From: Candidatus Latescibacterota bacterium
GTDB taxonomy: Bacteria > Latescibacterota > UBA2968 > UBA8231
Reading direction: 5' to 3'
NCBI GenBank assembly: GCA_963422735.1
Contig: OY730476.1
Location: 4,480,001-4,544,000, forward strand
Length of the DNA: 64,000 nt
Position numbers and translations under genes: made by a program. This document shows positions 15,299-24,485 of this stretch, piece after piece (positions within the stretch are counted from its first letter, which is position 1; the number at the start of each line of letters is the position of its first letter). Below the pieces are notes generated by a model, which saw only the letters and a list, made by a program, of their open reading frames with translations, had not been told where the DNA came from and ran no database searches.

Positions 15299-17431
15299 AT
15301 GCTCTTTGTTGGTCTTTTGCTCGGCGTGCTGGTCGCCTCGCCGGCCCTCGCTTTCAACGCGTACAAACTCGGAGGCGAGGACGGCAATGCTTGGATGGCG
15401 GCCCTGTCCTTTGAGCCGGGCCACTACGCGGTGCTCGACAGCGCAGGCGCGCCGCTTGAGATGCGCCCGGTGGCTTCCAATATCGCCTATGCCACTTGGG
15501 AAGACACGCTCAACGAGATCGTCGATGCGGACGATGGGCAGTGGATGCGCCCGTTTTTCGTGCCGCCGGATCTGAACTTGGCGCACCCCGAGGTCCGCAC
15601 TCGCATCGCCCGCGGTATTTCCAACAACATCACCACCAGCGGAAGCTGCAGCGACATCTCTACCCAATTGGTGCAGGTTGCCCCCATGTTCGACGGCGAT
15701 CCCAACACGGCGGCGTTTTTCAACGTCAGCACTAGTGCAAGCAGCGGGATCCAGAGTCGGTTGTACGTGCAAAATTCGATTGTCGAGCTGGGTGTTAATT
15801 ATCCTATCAATCGCATCCGCTTCTACCCGCGACTGGGCACTACCAACCCCAAAATCGACGAACTGCTCGCGTTGATGGGAGAGCCGCGCTTGGCCAAGGA
15901 AGACTTGGCCGAGGAGGATTTCACCGAAAACTTTCTACCGTGGTACGAGGTCTCGGCGGCCAATAGCTCCAACAACTTTGCTTCCCACTGCTATTTGAGC
16001 ACCCCCGAAAACCGCTGGTTCACCCGGATAAGCAGCACCCGCGTGGACGCGCCCAACGACTCGCGACTACTTACCCTGAGCAAGGAAACCGAAAATTTGG
16101 ATCCAATCGTCGATATCCGCTTCCCAACCGAGCAGTTCCAGTGGGTGGCCGTGCGTTCGCTCAATCCGATTGAAAACTGGGAGATCGCCGAATTTGAGAT
16201 CTTTGGCGAAGGCTTTGTCGAACGCGCCGTGTACACCACGACCGTGCTCGACTTTGGTAATCCCATGGCGTGGGGCAAGATCCGCTGGGACGGCGCGTTC
16301 GAGGAGGGGTCTAGTGTGATTATTCGCACTCGCTCGGGTAGCGACCCAGACCCCAATTTGTACTGGGTGCCGAGCAATATAGAAGGCGAGCCGACGCAGC
16401 TAATCCGCAAGGAGTTTGAACGCGCCGATTTGTCCGTGCGCTTTACGACCCTCGACGAAGAAAACTGGAGCTTCTGGTCGGCACCCTACGCGCTGATGGC
16501 TGGTCAGCGCGACTCTACTCTAGAGGCGGCAGAGTGGGCAGACGGCACCCCAATTCTCTCGCCCGGCCCCGAACGCTATTTGCAAATCCAGGTCATCTTC
16601 CTGTCGAGCCTGCACCAGGCTGGCGCACTGCGCGAGCTAGAAATTCAGTTCGCGCCGCCGGCGGCCTTAGAGGTCGTCGGGGAGATTTGGCCGCAGGACG
16701 TCTCGCGCAGCGGGAGCACGAACTTCACCTATAGCGTGCGCCCGACCTTTGCTCCAGGCGACACGGGCTTTGATCGGCTGGAAATTTTCACCCTGACCCG
16801 CGCCGAGGCCGTACATGCCGTGCGCGTTGATGGCGTCGCCTTGGACAGCGACTTTCCGGTCGAAATCCACGACGACCGCATCGTCGTGGCCCTGCCCAAG
16901 CTGGCGGGCACGAACGACACGTACAAGCTCATCGAGGTGGAGTTCGCCGCCCACGTGGTGCGCTATGGAACCCAGTACCAAGGCTGGGTCTTCGACAGCG
17001 AGAGAGACGGCGTCAAACAGCTCATTGACCCTGGGGACGCCAACATTGACTTTCCGGGCAACGCCCTCGGGGTGCGCACCGACGAGCTGGGCGCGAATCC
17101 GCTGACGCAAGTTCGCGTCGCGCCCAATCCATTCACCCCCAATGGCGATGGCCTTAACGACGCGGCCGAATTCCGCTTTCAGCTACACGACGTGTCGGTG
17201 CAGCGTGCGCTCACCGTGGGCATCTTCGATCTGGCTGGCCGGCCGGTGCGCCAGCTAAGGCATTTAAGCGCGATTCGCGGCTTGTTCGACCGCGGAGCAG
17301 CCGTGCCGGTGTGGGATGGACGCGACGACGCGGGCCAACAGGTGCCTCCGGGCCACTATATCTATCGCATCTCACTGGACACAGATGCAGAGACCGCGAG
17401 TCGGGTTGGCACTATCTCGCTCGTCTATTGA
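15299..17431 (+). CDS. Large secreted protein with discoidin-like domain and C-terminal FlgD-type Ig domain (paralog of the divergent gene)
   Basis: GAGG RBS, signal peptide MLFVGLLLGVLVASPALA; 'ELGVNYPINRIRFYPR'; tail 'PNPFTPNGDGLND...WDGRDDAGQQVPPGHY'. Confidence 0.8.
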   Translation: MLFVGLLLGVLVASPALAFNAYKLGGEDGNAWMAALSFEPGHYAVLDSAGAPLEMRPVASNIAYATWEDTLNEIVDADDGQWMRPFFVPPDLNLAHPEVRTRIARGISNNITTSGSCSDISTQLVQVAPMFDGDPNTAAFFNVSTSASSGIQSRLYVQNSIVELGVNYPINRIRFYPRLGTTNPKIDELLALMGEPRLAKEDLAEEDFTENFLPWYEVSAANSSNNFASHCYLSTPENRWFTRISSTRVDAPNDSRLLTLSKETENLDPIVDIRFPTEQFQWVAVRSLNPIENWEIAEFEIFGEGFVERAVYTTTVLDFGNPMAWGKIRWDGAFEEGSSVIIRTRSGSDPDPNLYWVPSNIEGEPTQLIRKEFERADLSVRFTTLDEENWSFWSAPYALMAGQRDSTLEAAEWADGTPILSPGPERYLQIQVIFLSSLHQAGALRELEIQFAPPAALEVVGEIWPQDVSRSGSTNFTYSVRPTFAPGDTGFDRLEIFTLTRAEAVHAVRVDGVALDSDFPVEIHDDRIVVALPKLAGTNDTYKLIEVEFAAHVVRYGTQYQGWVFDSERDGVKQLIDPGDANIDFPGNALGVRTDELGANPLTQVRVAPNPFTPNGDGLNDAAEFRFQLHDVSVQRALTVGIFDLAGRPVRQLRHLSAIRGLFDRGAAVPVWDGRDDAGQQVPPGHYIYRISLDTDAETASRVGTISLVY

Positions 17432-17436
17432 TTCAG

Positions 17437-19263
17437 ATGTACTGGGGAAGGGGTGCGCTGTGGTGGGTCGCTTGGGCCGGTCTGCTGCCGGCGTGTAAGC
17501 CGGCCGACGCGCCCGTCGTCGCCGAGGTTGGTCCGCACCGGATTGAGGCTGACGAGCTGCGCGCTTACGTCGCGCAGCTTCCAGCCGAAGACCTTGGTCT
17601 GTTGGACGCAGTCCGGCCCCCAGATGCGGCGGTTAGACGCCAATATCTCCAGCTAATCATAGATCGCTATTTGTTGCTGTCGGAGGCCCGCACTCAGGGC
17701 TTGGACAGTACGCAGCTATCCGCAGAAGAGATCCGCACCTATTACCAAGACCAGTATCCAGCCGCCTTGATGGAGGGCGAGCGCGGGGCTTTGTTGGCGA
17801 CCTTGCGAGAACAGCACGGCCACGAGGTGCGCGTCTATCCCAAGCCGCTAAAACGGGCATTGCCGGATTCATTGCTGGCGCGCAAGGCCCAGCAGTGGGG
17901 AGTGCTGTTGAGCCAGCGCGGGGGAACTTTCCTCAAGCAGGGTCGCCACCGCAAGGCCCTCGCCGTGCTGGAAAGAGCAGTCGCGCATGCTCCCGGCCTC
18001 GCGCAGACGCATTTCTACCTAGGTTTGGCCCATGCTCGCTTGGAAGAAAACGAGCAGGCCGCATCTGCGTTTGAACGCGCCGTGGCTCTTGCGCCGGAAG
18101 AGGCAGACTTTCACTACGCATTGGGCACCACCTTGCAGATGCGGCATCAGTACGAGGGCGCGGCGGCCTGTTTTCAGCGGGCTATTGAACGGAGCGCGGA
18201 CCAACCCCACTACCACTTTCGCCTCGGAGAGGTTCGTCGATCTTTAGCTAACTTTGAGGAGGCATTGACCGCGTACGGTGCGGTGCTCGAATTGCAACCC
18301 GACCACGCCGGAGCCTTGTACCGGCGCAGCGACTTGCTGGCTCGCAGTGGCGATTTGGCTGCAGCTGCGGCCGGGTTTAAAAGGGTCTTAGATTTGGCAC
18401 CGGAGAACGCGGCGGCCCTCGTCGATTTGGCCGGCGTCTATACCAAGCAGCAGCGTCATCCTGAAGCGGTCGCGGCCTTGGAACGCGCTCTTGAGTTAAA
18501 TCCGGTAGAGCACAGTATCTATTACCTGTTGAGCTTGGCATACGCGCAGGTGGGGCAGCCGGATCAAGCTGCGGCAGCCGCAGCCGAATTCCAGTCGCTG
18601 AGTGCGGCGGACCGCCACTACAAGGAGGGGCTACGCAATGCCAATCGCGGCTCTTGGGATCGCGCCGTTGACCTGCTAGTCCGTGCCGTGGCGGCTGATT
18701 CCTCCCACGTGCTAGCGCATATTCGCTTGGGCATGGTCTATCTGTATCAAGACGCGCCCACGCAAGGCATCTCGGTCCTCAAACGCGCGCTCGTGCTGGC
18801 TCCGGGCCATCTGGAGGTTCACTGCCTGTTAGGCGAGGCATACGCAGCTAGCGGCCAGCCGGACTCTGCTCGCCATTTTTTTAACCGAGCGCTTGGTGTG
18901 GATTCTATTTCCGTGCGGGCGCATTGCGGCTCGGCCAAGGTGGCGTACCAAGACGGCGACCCACAGGCCGCGGTGATCGCCAGCCAACGCGCCTTGGCCA
19001 TCGACCCCGATCACCGCGACAGCCACTATTTGCTCGGGTTAGCGCACGTGCAATTGGGGCAGTCGCGCAAGGCTTGGCGCAGCTTTCAGGCGTGTATTGA
19101 GATCGATCCCGGCGATGTGGAAGCTCTTTACAGACAGGGCTTGCTGTTGGTGCGCCACGGCTCGGTGGACGAAGCCCGGCGCGCCTTTGTCAGGATCTTG
19201 CAACGCGATCCCAATCACGTGGAGGCGCGACAACAGTTGGCGCTATTGGAGCGGGAGCAATGA
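17437..19263 (+). CDS. Lipoprotein: SurA-like N/C chaperone remnant fused to a long TPR array
   Basis: ATG 6 nt after the upstream stop; lipobox LLPA-C; N-terminal ~150 aa resemble both ends of the 2267-3931 foldase; roughly 12-13 TPRs follow. Confidence 0.8.
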   Translation: MYWGRGALWWVAWAGLLPACKPADAPVVAEVGPHRIEADELRAYVAQLPAEDLGLLDAVRPPDAAVRRQYLQLIIDRYLLLSEARTQGLDSTQLSAEEIRTYYQDQYPAALMEGERGALLATLREQHGHEVRVYPKPLKRALPDSLLARKAQQWGVLLSQRGGTFLKQGRHRKALAVLERAVAHAPGLAQTHFYLGLAHARLEENEQAASAFERAVALAPEEADFHYALGTTLQMRHQYEGAAACFQRAIERSADQPHYHFRLGEVRRSLANFEEALTAYGAVLELQPDHAGALYRRSDLLARSGDLAAAAAGFKRVLDLAPENAAALVDLAGVYTKQQRHPEAVAALERALELNPVEHSIYYLLSLAYAQVGQPDQAAAAAAEFQSLSAADRHYKEGLRNANRGSWDRAVDLLVRAVAADSSHVLAHIRLGMVYLYQDAPTQGISVLKRALVLAPGHLEVHCLLGEAYAASGQPDSARHFFNRALGVDSISVRAHCGSAKVAYQDGDPQAAVIASQRALAIDPDHRDSHYLLGLAHVQLGQSRKAWRSFQACIEIDPGDVEALYRQGLLLVRHGSVDEARRAFVRILQRDPNHVEARQQLALLEREQ

Positions 19264-19272
19264 ATGGACGCT

Positions 19273-20928
19273 TTAACGGTTTGGTTCTTCCACCACCAAA
19301 AGCTGATTTGCGGTCACATCCTCTAAGTGCTGTGTGCGGCCCGAAGGCCAGTGGATTTCGATTCGCTCGGCTGTGGTGTTCGCGCCTAAGCCGAAGTGGA
19401 CGCGCCCGTCGCTGTGCGAAAGGAAGCTGCCCCCGCTGACCCGCTCGGCGATCTGTTCGACTTCGCCGCTGACCACGGAAATCCGCGCCCCGATGCCATC
19501 GCGATTGGATGCGGTACCGATTAACAGCAGGCTCAGCCAGTTGCGCTGATTACCACCGTCGTTGCGCAGTAGTTGCGGCGGCCCGTCGAGGTTGAAGACC
19601 AAAACATCTACATCGCCATCGTTGTCGTAGTCCCCCTTGGCAGCACCGCGGCTGACGGCGGGGCGGCTCACGTCCCCGGCTGCGACTTCTGCAAAGCGGT
19701 AGGCACCGGCTGGCCCCTGATTGGCGAAAAGCTGGTTGGGTTCGGCGTAACCATCGGGCGCAAGGTGCCGAATTTGGGGATAGACGTGGCCGTTGGCGAC
19801 GAATAGGTCTTGGTCTTGGTCGTTGTCGTAATCGAGGAAACAGGTGCCAAAGGCCAAGTGGGGCAGGCTCGGCTCGGCGAGGCCGGCTTCGGCGCTGGTC
19901 ACAACAAAGGTACCGTCGCTGCGATTGCGGTAGAGAGTATTGTAATCGTCCTCAAAATGGGTCACCAGAAAATCGCCAAACCCGTCGCGGTCATAATCCC
20001 CATAGGCAATGCCCATGCCGGCCTGCGCCAACCCCTCGGTACTGAGGGCCACACCCGCCGCAACGCCAATATCGCGGAAGGTGCCGCCCTCATTGCGGTA
20101 GAGGAAGTTGGGCGCGGAGTCGTTGGCCACGTAGAGATCGGGGTCGCCGTCTTGGTCGTAGTCGCAAAAAAGGGCGCCGAGTCCGTAGGTCGGCTCTGCT
20201 TGTTCGACATGGGCTTGGCGGGTGACATTGCGAAAGGTGCCATCGCCTTCGTTGCGGTAGAGGGCGTCTTGTGCGCCGGGGAGGCCGAGCGGCCCGGCGA
20301 ACACGAGAACTCCCTTCCACATTCCGCCCCGAGGCGGCACACGCTCGGGCGCGAAGTGTAGGTACTGGGCTACGTACAGATCAAGGTCGCCATCCCCGTC
20401 GTAGTCGCCGAAGCTAGCACCCGTGCTCCAGCCCGCCAGATTGACGCCGGCGACCTGGCCGACATCGTGGAATCGGCTATTGCCCTCGTTCCGGTAGAAG
20501 ATGTTGGGGCCGTAATTGGTCACATATAGATCGAGGTCGCCGTCTTGGTCGTAGTCGGCCGCCGCGCAGCCCATGCCCCAACCCGCATCGCCGACCCCGG
20601 CCGTGCGGGTATAGTTTTCGAAGGTGCCATCGCCCATGTTGCGGTAGAGGGCGTTGGTCGGGGCCGCGGCCGAGTCGGGATAGCCTTCCAGCCGCGAGCC
20701 GTTGACCAAGTAGATGTCGAGCCAGCCATCCCCGTTGTAGTCGAGAAATGCGCCACCGCCGCCCTTGGATTCGAGGATGTAGTTTTTGACCCGGCTGCCC
20801 GAGTACATACGGAAATCCAAGCCGTGCGCTGCGGTAACGTCGGTGAAGCGCACAGAGGTGAGGTCTGGTGTGGGGACGCAGGCTGCCAAGGCCAGCAGGG
20901 CGCAGTAGGCGCAAGTGCTAGGGCGCAT
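19273..20928 (-). CDS. CRTAC1-family FG-GAP/VCBS repeat protein with ASPIC/UnbV C-terminal domain
   Basis: Repeated 'DYNGDGWLDIY', 'DYDQDGDLDLYV', 'NxLYRNxGDGTF'; C-terminal 'SNRDGIGARI...GGSFLSHSDGRVHFGLG...WPSG'. Confidence 0.9.
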   Translation of the reverse strand: MRPSTCAYCALLALAACVPTPDLTSVRFTDVTAAHGLDFRMYSGSRVKNYILESKGGGGAFLDYNGDGWLDIYLVNGSRLEGYPDSAAAPTNALYRNMGDGTFENYTRTAGVGDAGWGMGCAAADYDQDGDLDLYVTNYGPNIFYRNEGNSRFHDVGQVAGVNLAGWSTGASFGDYDGDGDLDLYVAQYLHFAPERVPPRGGMWKGVLVFAGPLGLPGAQDALYRNEGDGTFRNVTRQAHVEQAEPTYGLGALFCDYDQDGDPDLYVANDSAPNFLYRNEGGTFRDIGVAAGVALSTEGLAQAGMGIAYGDYDRDGFGDFLVTHFEDDYNTLYRNRSDGTFVVTSAEAGLAEPSLPHLAFGTCFLDYDNDQDQDLFVANGHVYPQIRHLAPDGYAEPNQLFANQGPAGAYRFAEVAAGDVSRPAVSRGAAKGDYDNDGDVDVLVFNLDGPPQLLRNDGGNQRNWLSLLLIGTASNRDGIGARISVVSGEVEQIAERVSGGSFLSHSDGRVHFGLGANTTAERIEIHWPSGRTQHLEDVTANQLLVVEEPNR

Positions 20929-21694
20929 GGGAACGGGCGCAGCGGAAGCCGATATAGGGGCTGCGTTCTACGGGCAAAACCTCAAAGCGGTTGATGCTGC
21001 GCAGCACCGGTTTTGGGTTGATCCACGAGCCGCCGCGCAGGACCTTGAAGCGGCCGGCCTCAGCTCCTTGCGGGTCTTTGTTCGGAGCCATGGCGTAGTA
21101 GTTCGCGTTGTACCAATCGGCACACCATTCCCAGACGTTGCCGGCCATGTCGAGCGCACCGTACGGGCTGGCTCCTGCTGGAAAGGAGCCGACTGGTGCT
21201 AGCCCGGCATAGCCGTCTTCCGGTCCCCAGAGATTGGCGCGGCCCACCGCAAAAGCCGCGCCCCAAGGCCAGAGCCGGCCGTCGCTGCCGCGCGCGCTTT
21301 TTTCCCACTCGGCTTCGGTGGGAAGCCGTCCGCCGCGCCAAGCGCAATACGCTTGGGCGTCTTGCCAGCTAACATAGACGACCGGATGGCTTGGATCGAC
21401 TGCTGCGCCGGGGCCGTGGGGCTGACGCCAGCTAAGGTCGTCGGCCTTTTCAGCCCCGAATTTTTCTGCCTCCGTCTGGTAGCCTGTGGCCGCGACAAAG
21501 GCGGCGAAGCGGGCATTGGTGACCTCGTAGCGGTCGATAGAAAAGGTGCTCAGATAGACTTGGCGGCTGGGTTTTTCGTCGGTGGCTCGCGGGTGATCGA
21601 TGCCCATGGTGAAGGGACCGGCTGGCACGACGACCTCGTCGGCAGCAACAGGTGCCGCCAGTAGCAGGGCCGATAGGATGCGCGAAATCCGCAT
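20918..21694 (-). CDS. Secreted FGE-sulfatase (SUMF1) fold protein, lacking catalytic cysteines
   Basis: 'GPFTMG', 'YEVTNARF', 'HPVVYVSW', 'RLPTEAEWEK', 'DMAGNVWEW', 'RGGSW', 'GFRC'. Confidence 0.9.
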   Translation of the reverse strand: MRISRILSALLLAAPVAADEVVVPAGPFTMGIDHPRATDEKPSRQVYLSTFSIDRYEVTNARFAAFVAATGYQTEAEKFGAEKADDLSWRQPHGPGAAVDPSHPVVYVSWQDAQAYCAWRGGRLPTEAEWEKSARGSDGRLWPWGAAFAVGRANLWGPEDGYAGLAPVGSFPAGASPYGALDMAGNVWEWCADWYNANYYAMAPNKDPQGAEAGRFKVLRGGSWINPKPVLRSINRFEVLPVERSPYIGFRCARSHAP

Positions 21695-21712
21695 ACGCGG
21701 CTGAGGGTGTGG

Positions 21713-23386
21713 CTAGCCCTTCTGTATCCGCGCCCAAGTATCGCGCAAGGTGACGGTGCGGTTGAAGACGGGTGCTTCCGGCGCGTGGTCTTCGCGGTCG
21801 GCGCAGAAGTAGCCGAGCCGCTCAAACTGGCAGGAGTCCCCCGGGGCCATGTCGGCGAGGGATGGCTCTAGATAGCAAGGGTTGAGGATTTTGAGCGAAT
21901 CCGGGTTGAGGTTGTCCAGCCAAGTGCCTTCAGGCGGGGCTTCGAGCGGTTTTTCGACCTTGAAGAGCCGGTCGTAGAGCCGCACCTCGGCTGGAACCGC
22001 GTGGGGAGCTGAGACCCAATGCAGGGTGGCCTTGACCTTGCGGCCATCGGGTGCATTGCCGCCGCGAGTGGCCGGGTCGTACGTGCAGCGCAGCTCGACG
22101 ACCGCGCCATTGTCGTCTTTGATGACCTCAGTACAGGTGATGAAATAGGCGTAGCGCAGCCGGATTTCGCGGCCCGGGGCGAGGCGAAAGAACTTGCGCG
22201 GCGGGTCTTCCATAAAATCCTCGCGCTCGATGTAGAGGTGCCGCGAAAAAGGGATGGAGCGGGTGCCGGCGCTTTCGTCTTCCGGATTGTTGATAGCCGT
22301 TAGCATCTCGCTTTGCCCCTTCGGGTAGTTTTCAATGACGACTTTGAGCGGATTGAGCACGGCCATGCGCCGGGGCGCGGTCTTGTTGAGCTGGTCGCGG
22401 ATGCAGTATTCGAGGAGGGAGATGTCGATGTTGTTGCCGCGGCGAGCGATGCCGGCTTCGGCCCAGAAGCGGCGGATGGCTTCGGGCGGGCAGCCCAAGC
22501 GGCGCAGGCCGCGCAAGGTGCAGAGCCGAGGGTCGTCCCAGCCGGCCACCAGCTTTTGCTCGATGAGTAGCCGGATGTATCGCTTGGACAGCACGGTGTA
22601 CGCGATGTTGCCGCGGGCAAACTCGATTTGGCGCGAGGGGAAGATGCCGAGCTGTTGGATGAACCAATCGTACAAGGGCCGGTTGTTGATGAATTCGTCC
22701 GAACACAGCGAGTGCGTTACGCCCTCAATGGAGTCGCTCTGGCCATGAGCCCAGTCGTATAGCGGATAGATACACCAAGCGTTGCCGGTGCGGTGGTGGG
22801 TGGTGTGCATGATGCGGTACACGACCGGATCGCGCAGGTTGATATTGGGCGCGGCCATGTCGATTTTGGCGCGCAATACGCGAGCACCATCGGGGAATGC
22901 GCCGTCTTTCATAAGCGCGAAGAGGCGGAGGTTTTCCTCGACGGAGCGGTCGCGGTACGGGCTGTTTTGGCCCGGCTCGGTGAGCGAGCCGCGATTTTCT
23001 CGGATCTCGTCCGCGGTCTGGTCATCCACGTACGCCAAGCCCTTTTCGATGAGCACGACGGCCCATTCGTAGAGCTGGCCAAAGTAATCGGAAGCGTAGT
23101 GCGGCTGCGGCCCCCAATCGTAGCCGAGCCAGCGAATGTCCTCCTGCATGGAGTCCACGTATTCTTGCTCTTCGCGCGTGGGGTTGGTGTCGTCGTAGCG
23201 GAGGTTGCACTGGCCTCCGTAGTCCGCGGCAATGCCAAAGTTGATCCAGATGGCCTTGGCGCTGCCGATGTGCAGGTACGCGTTAGGCTCTGGTGGGAAG
23301 CGGGTAATGACTCTATCGTAGCGGCCGCTTTTGAGGTCGGCGTCGATGGCTTCGCGGATGAAGTCGCGGTTTTTGTCCGTGCTCAT
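21713..23386 (-). CDS. glnS: Glutamine--tRNA ligase (with atypical HIGS motif)
   Basis: '[17 protein letters not shown]', '[10 protein letters not shown]', 'WCIYPLYD', 'VLSKR', 'GWDDPR', 'QFERLGYF', 'FNRTVTLRD'; start re-assigned to MSTDKN. Confidence 0.93.
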   Translation of the reverse strand: MSTDKNRDFIREAIDADLKSGRYDRVITRFPPEPNAYLHIGSAKAIWINFGIAADYGGQCNLRYDDTNPTREEQEYVDSMQEDIRWLGYDWGPQPHYASDYFGQLYEWAVVLIEKGLAYVDDQTADEIRENRGSLTEPGQNSPYRDRSVEENLRLFALMKDGAFPDGARVLRAKIDMAAPNINLRDPVVYRIMHTTHHRTGNAWCIYPLYDWAHGQSDSIEGVTHSLCSDEFINNRPLYDWFIQQLGIFPSRQIEFARGNIAYTVLSKRYIRLLIEQKLVAGWDDPRLCTLRGLRRLGCPPEAIRRFWAEAGIARRGNNIDISLLEYCIRDQLNKTAPRRMAVLNPLKVVIENYPKGQSEMLTAINNPEDESAGTRSIPFSRHLYIEREDFMEDPPRKFFRLAPGREIRLRYAYFITCTEVIKDDNGAVVELRCTYDPATRGGNAPDGRKVKATLHWVSAPHAVPAEVRLYDRLFKVEKPLEAPPEGTWLDNLNPDSLKILNPCYLEPSLADMAPGDSCQFERLGYFCADREDHAPEAPVFNRTVTLRDTWARIQKG

Positions 23387-23451
23387 GGTTCCTCTGTGGC
23401 TGTTTGCAGCGTAGCAAATAATAGGATAGGGCAAATAGTCTCAGCGGCAAG

Positions 23452-24408
23452 TTACCCGCTCTTGCGCTTCCACCCGCTCGTCTTCCAATGCCCTCCTTGC
23501 CGCTTAAAGCCAGATTCCTTAGGCGGCAGCAAGCTGCGCAGGTGTTGGCCGCCAAAAGCAAAGCCCTCTAGGCCGGGAAAGCCGCGGTCCTCGTTTTCGA
23601 CGCATAGCACGTAGTCGTAGCCCGATTCCCACAGCGCGCCGATGATGGTGCTCCAGTTGATCTGGCCGCGGCCGGGGACGCGGTATTGCCACCACCAGTT
23701 GCCGATGATGCCTTGGCGGTAGAGCATCCGTTGGCTAATCTCGCAGTCCTTGACATCGGCGTAGTACCAATGGCCGGCAAAGTCGCGGATGACATCTTCG
23801 ACCGGTAGGATGTGCATCCACAGCCAGTGCGAAGGGTCGCAGGACAGGCCGAGGTGATCCGAGGGCACGGCGTCGAGAATTTTTTCCCACATCTCTGGGT
23901 TGCAGCCTATTTGGCCCATGCGCACGGCCACGTCGAGTGCGAGCCGGACCTTGCTGTCTGCGGCTGCTTGCACCACAGGCTCGAACATGGCTTGGAAGCG
24001 GTCAACTAGTTCGGCGGAGCGGTCGCTGGGATTGCCGGGTTCCGAGGAGAACATGCCGTAGAACTGGCCGTTGCGCACGGGAGCGCCGCTGCTGGTGACG
24101 ACGACTGGGCAGGAGAGGGCGCGGGCCGACGCAATGGCCTTGAGCAGTTTGGCTTGGGCAGCACGGGCCTGTTCGCGGTCGTCGTCGAGCAGGTTGTGGT
24201 GCGCGGTGAGGGCGGCGAGGTACAGACCGCGCTGGCGCAAGGTCTCCAGCACGGAGTCCGGCCCAACCGATAGAATGTGGTCCGAGTCGAGCGCACCGGA
24301 GTCGTTCAGGCGCACGCAGTCGAAATCGTGCTCCCGCGCCCAACGGGCGCATTCGTCGAGGCTCCAATTGTTCGCACCGCCGGCACGGGTCATAAAACTT
24401 ATATCCAC
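23452..24408 (-). CDS. Sugar phosphate isomerase/epimerase (AP_endonuc_2 TIM barrel)
   Basis: 'LGLSCDPSHWLW', 'DVKDCE', 'YRVPGRGQINW', 'GYDYVLCVENED'. Confidence 0.8.
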   Translation of the reverse strand: MDISFMTRAGGANNWSLDECARWAREHDFDCVRLNDSGALDSDHILSVGPDSVLETLRQRGLYLAALTAHHNLLDDDREQARAAQAKLLKAIASARALSCPVVVTSSGAPVRNGQFYGMFSSEPGNPSDRSAELVDRFQAMFEPVVQAAADSKVRLALDVAVRMGQIGCNPEMWEKILDAVPSDHLGLSCDPSHWLWMHILPVEDVIRDFAGHWYYADVKDCEISQRMLYRQGIIGNWWWQYRVPGRGQINWSTIIGALWESGYDYVLCVENEDRGFPGLEGFAFGGQHLRSLLPPKESGFKRQGGHWKTSGWKRKSG

Positions 24409-24485
24409 GAGCGAATCTCCTCCGCTTGAAATCGCGTGTCTTATGATTAGATTTTTGTACTCACTTCAAAAAAGAAAGCAATCTC

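Noticed and set aside
15178-15387. Apparent head-to-head overlap of the 962-aa and 733-aa ORFs
   Set aside because: Artefact of longest-ORF starts; signal peptides and RBS place the starts at 15177 and 15299.
12499-17431. Flagellar locus suggested by FlgD-like domains
   Set aside because: These are C-terminal Ig tails on signal-peptide proteins, and no flagellar genes are present.
19273-20928. Recurring GTCGCCGTCTTGGTCGTAGTC-like DNA repeats as a CRISPR or tandem array
   Set aside because: They encode FG-GAP protein repeats inside an ORF, are degenerate, and are irregularly spaced.
20918-21694. FGE-like gene as maturase of the sulfatase at 46861
   Set aside because: It lacks the catalytic Cys pair and is exported, whereas the sulfatase has no signal peptide.
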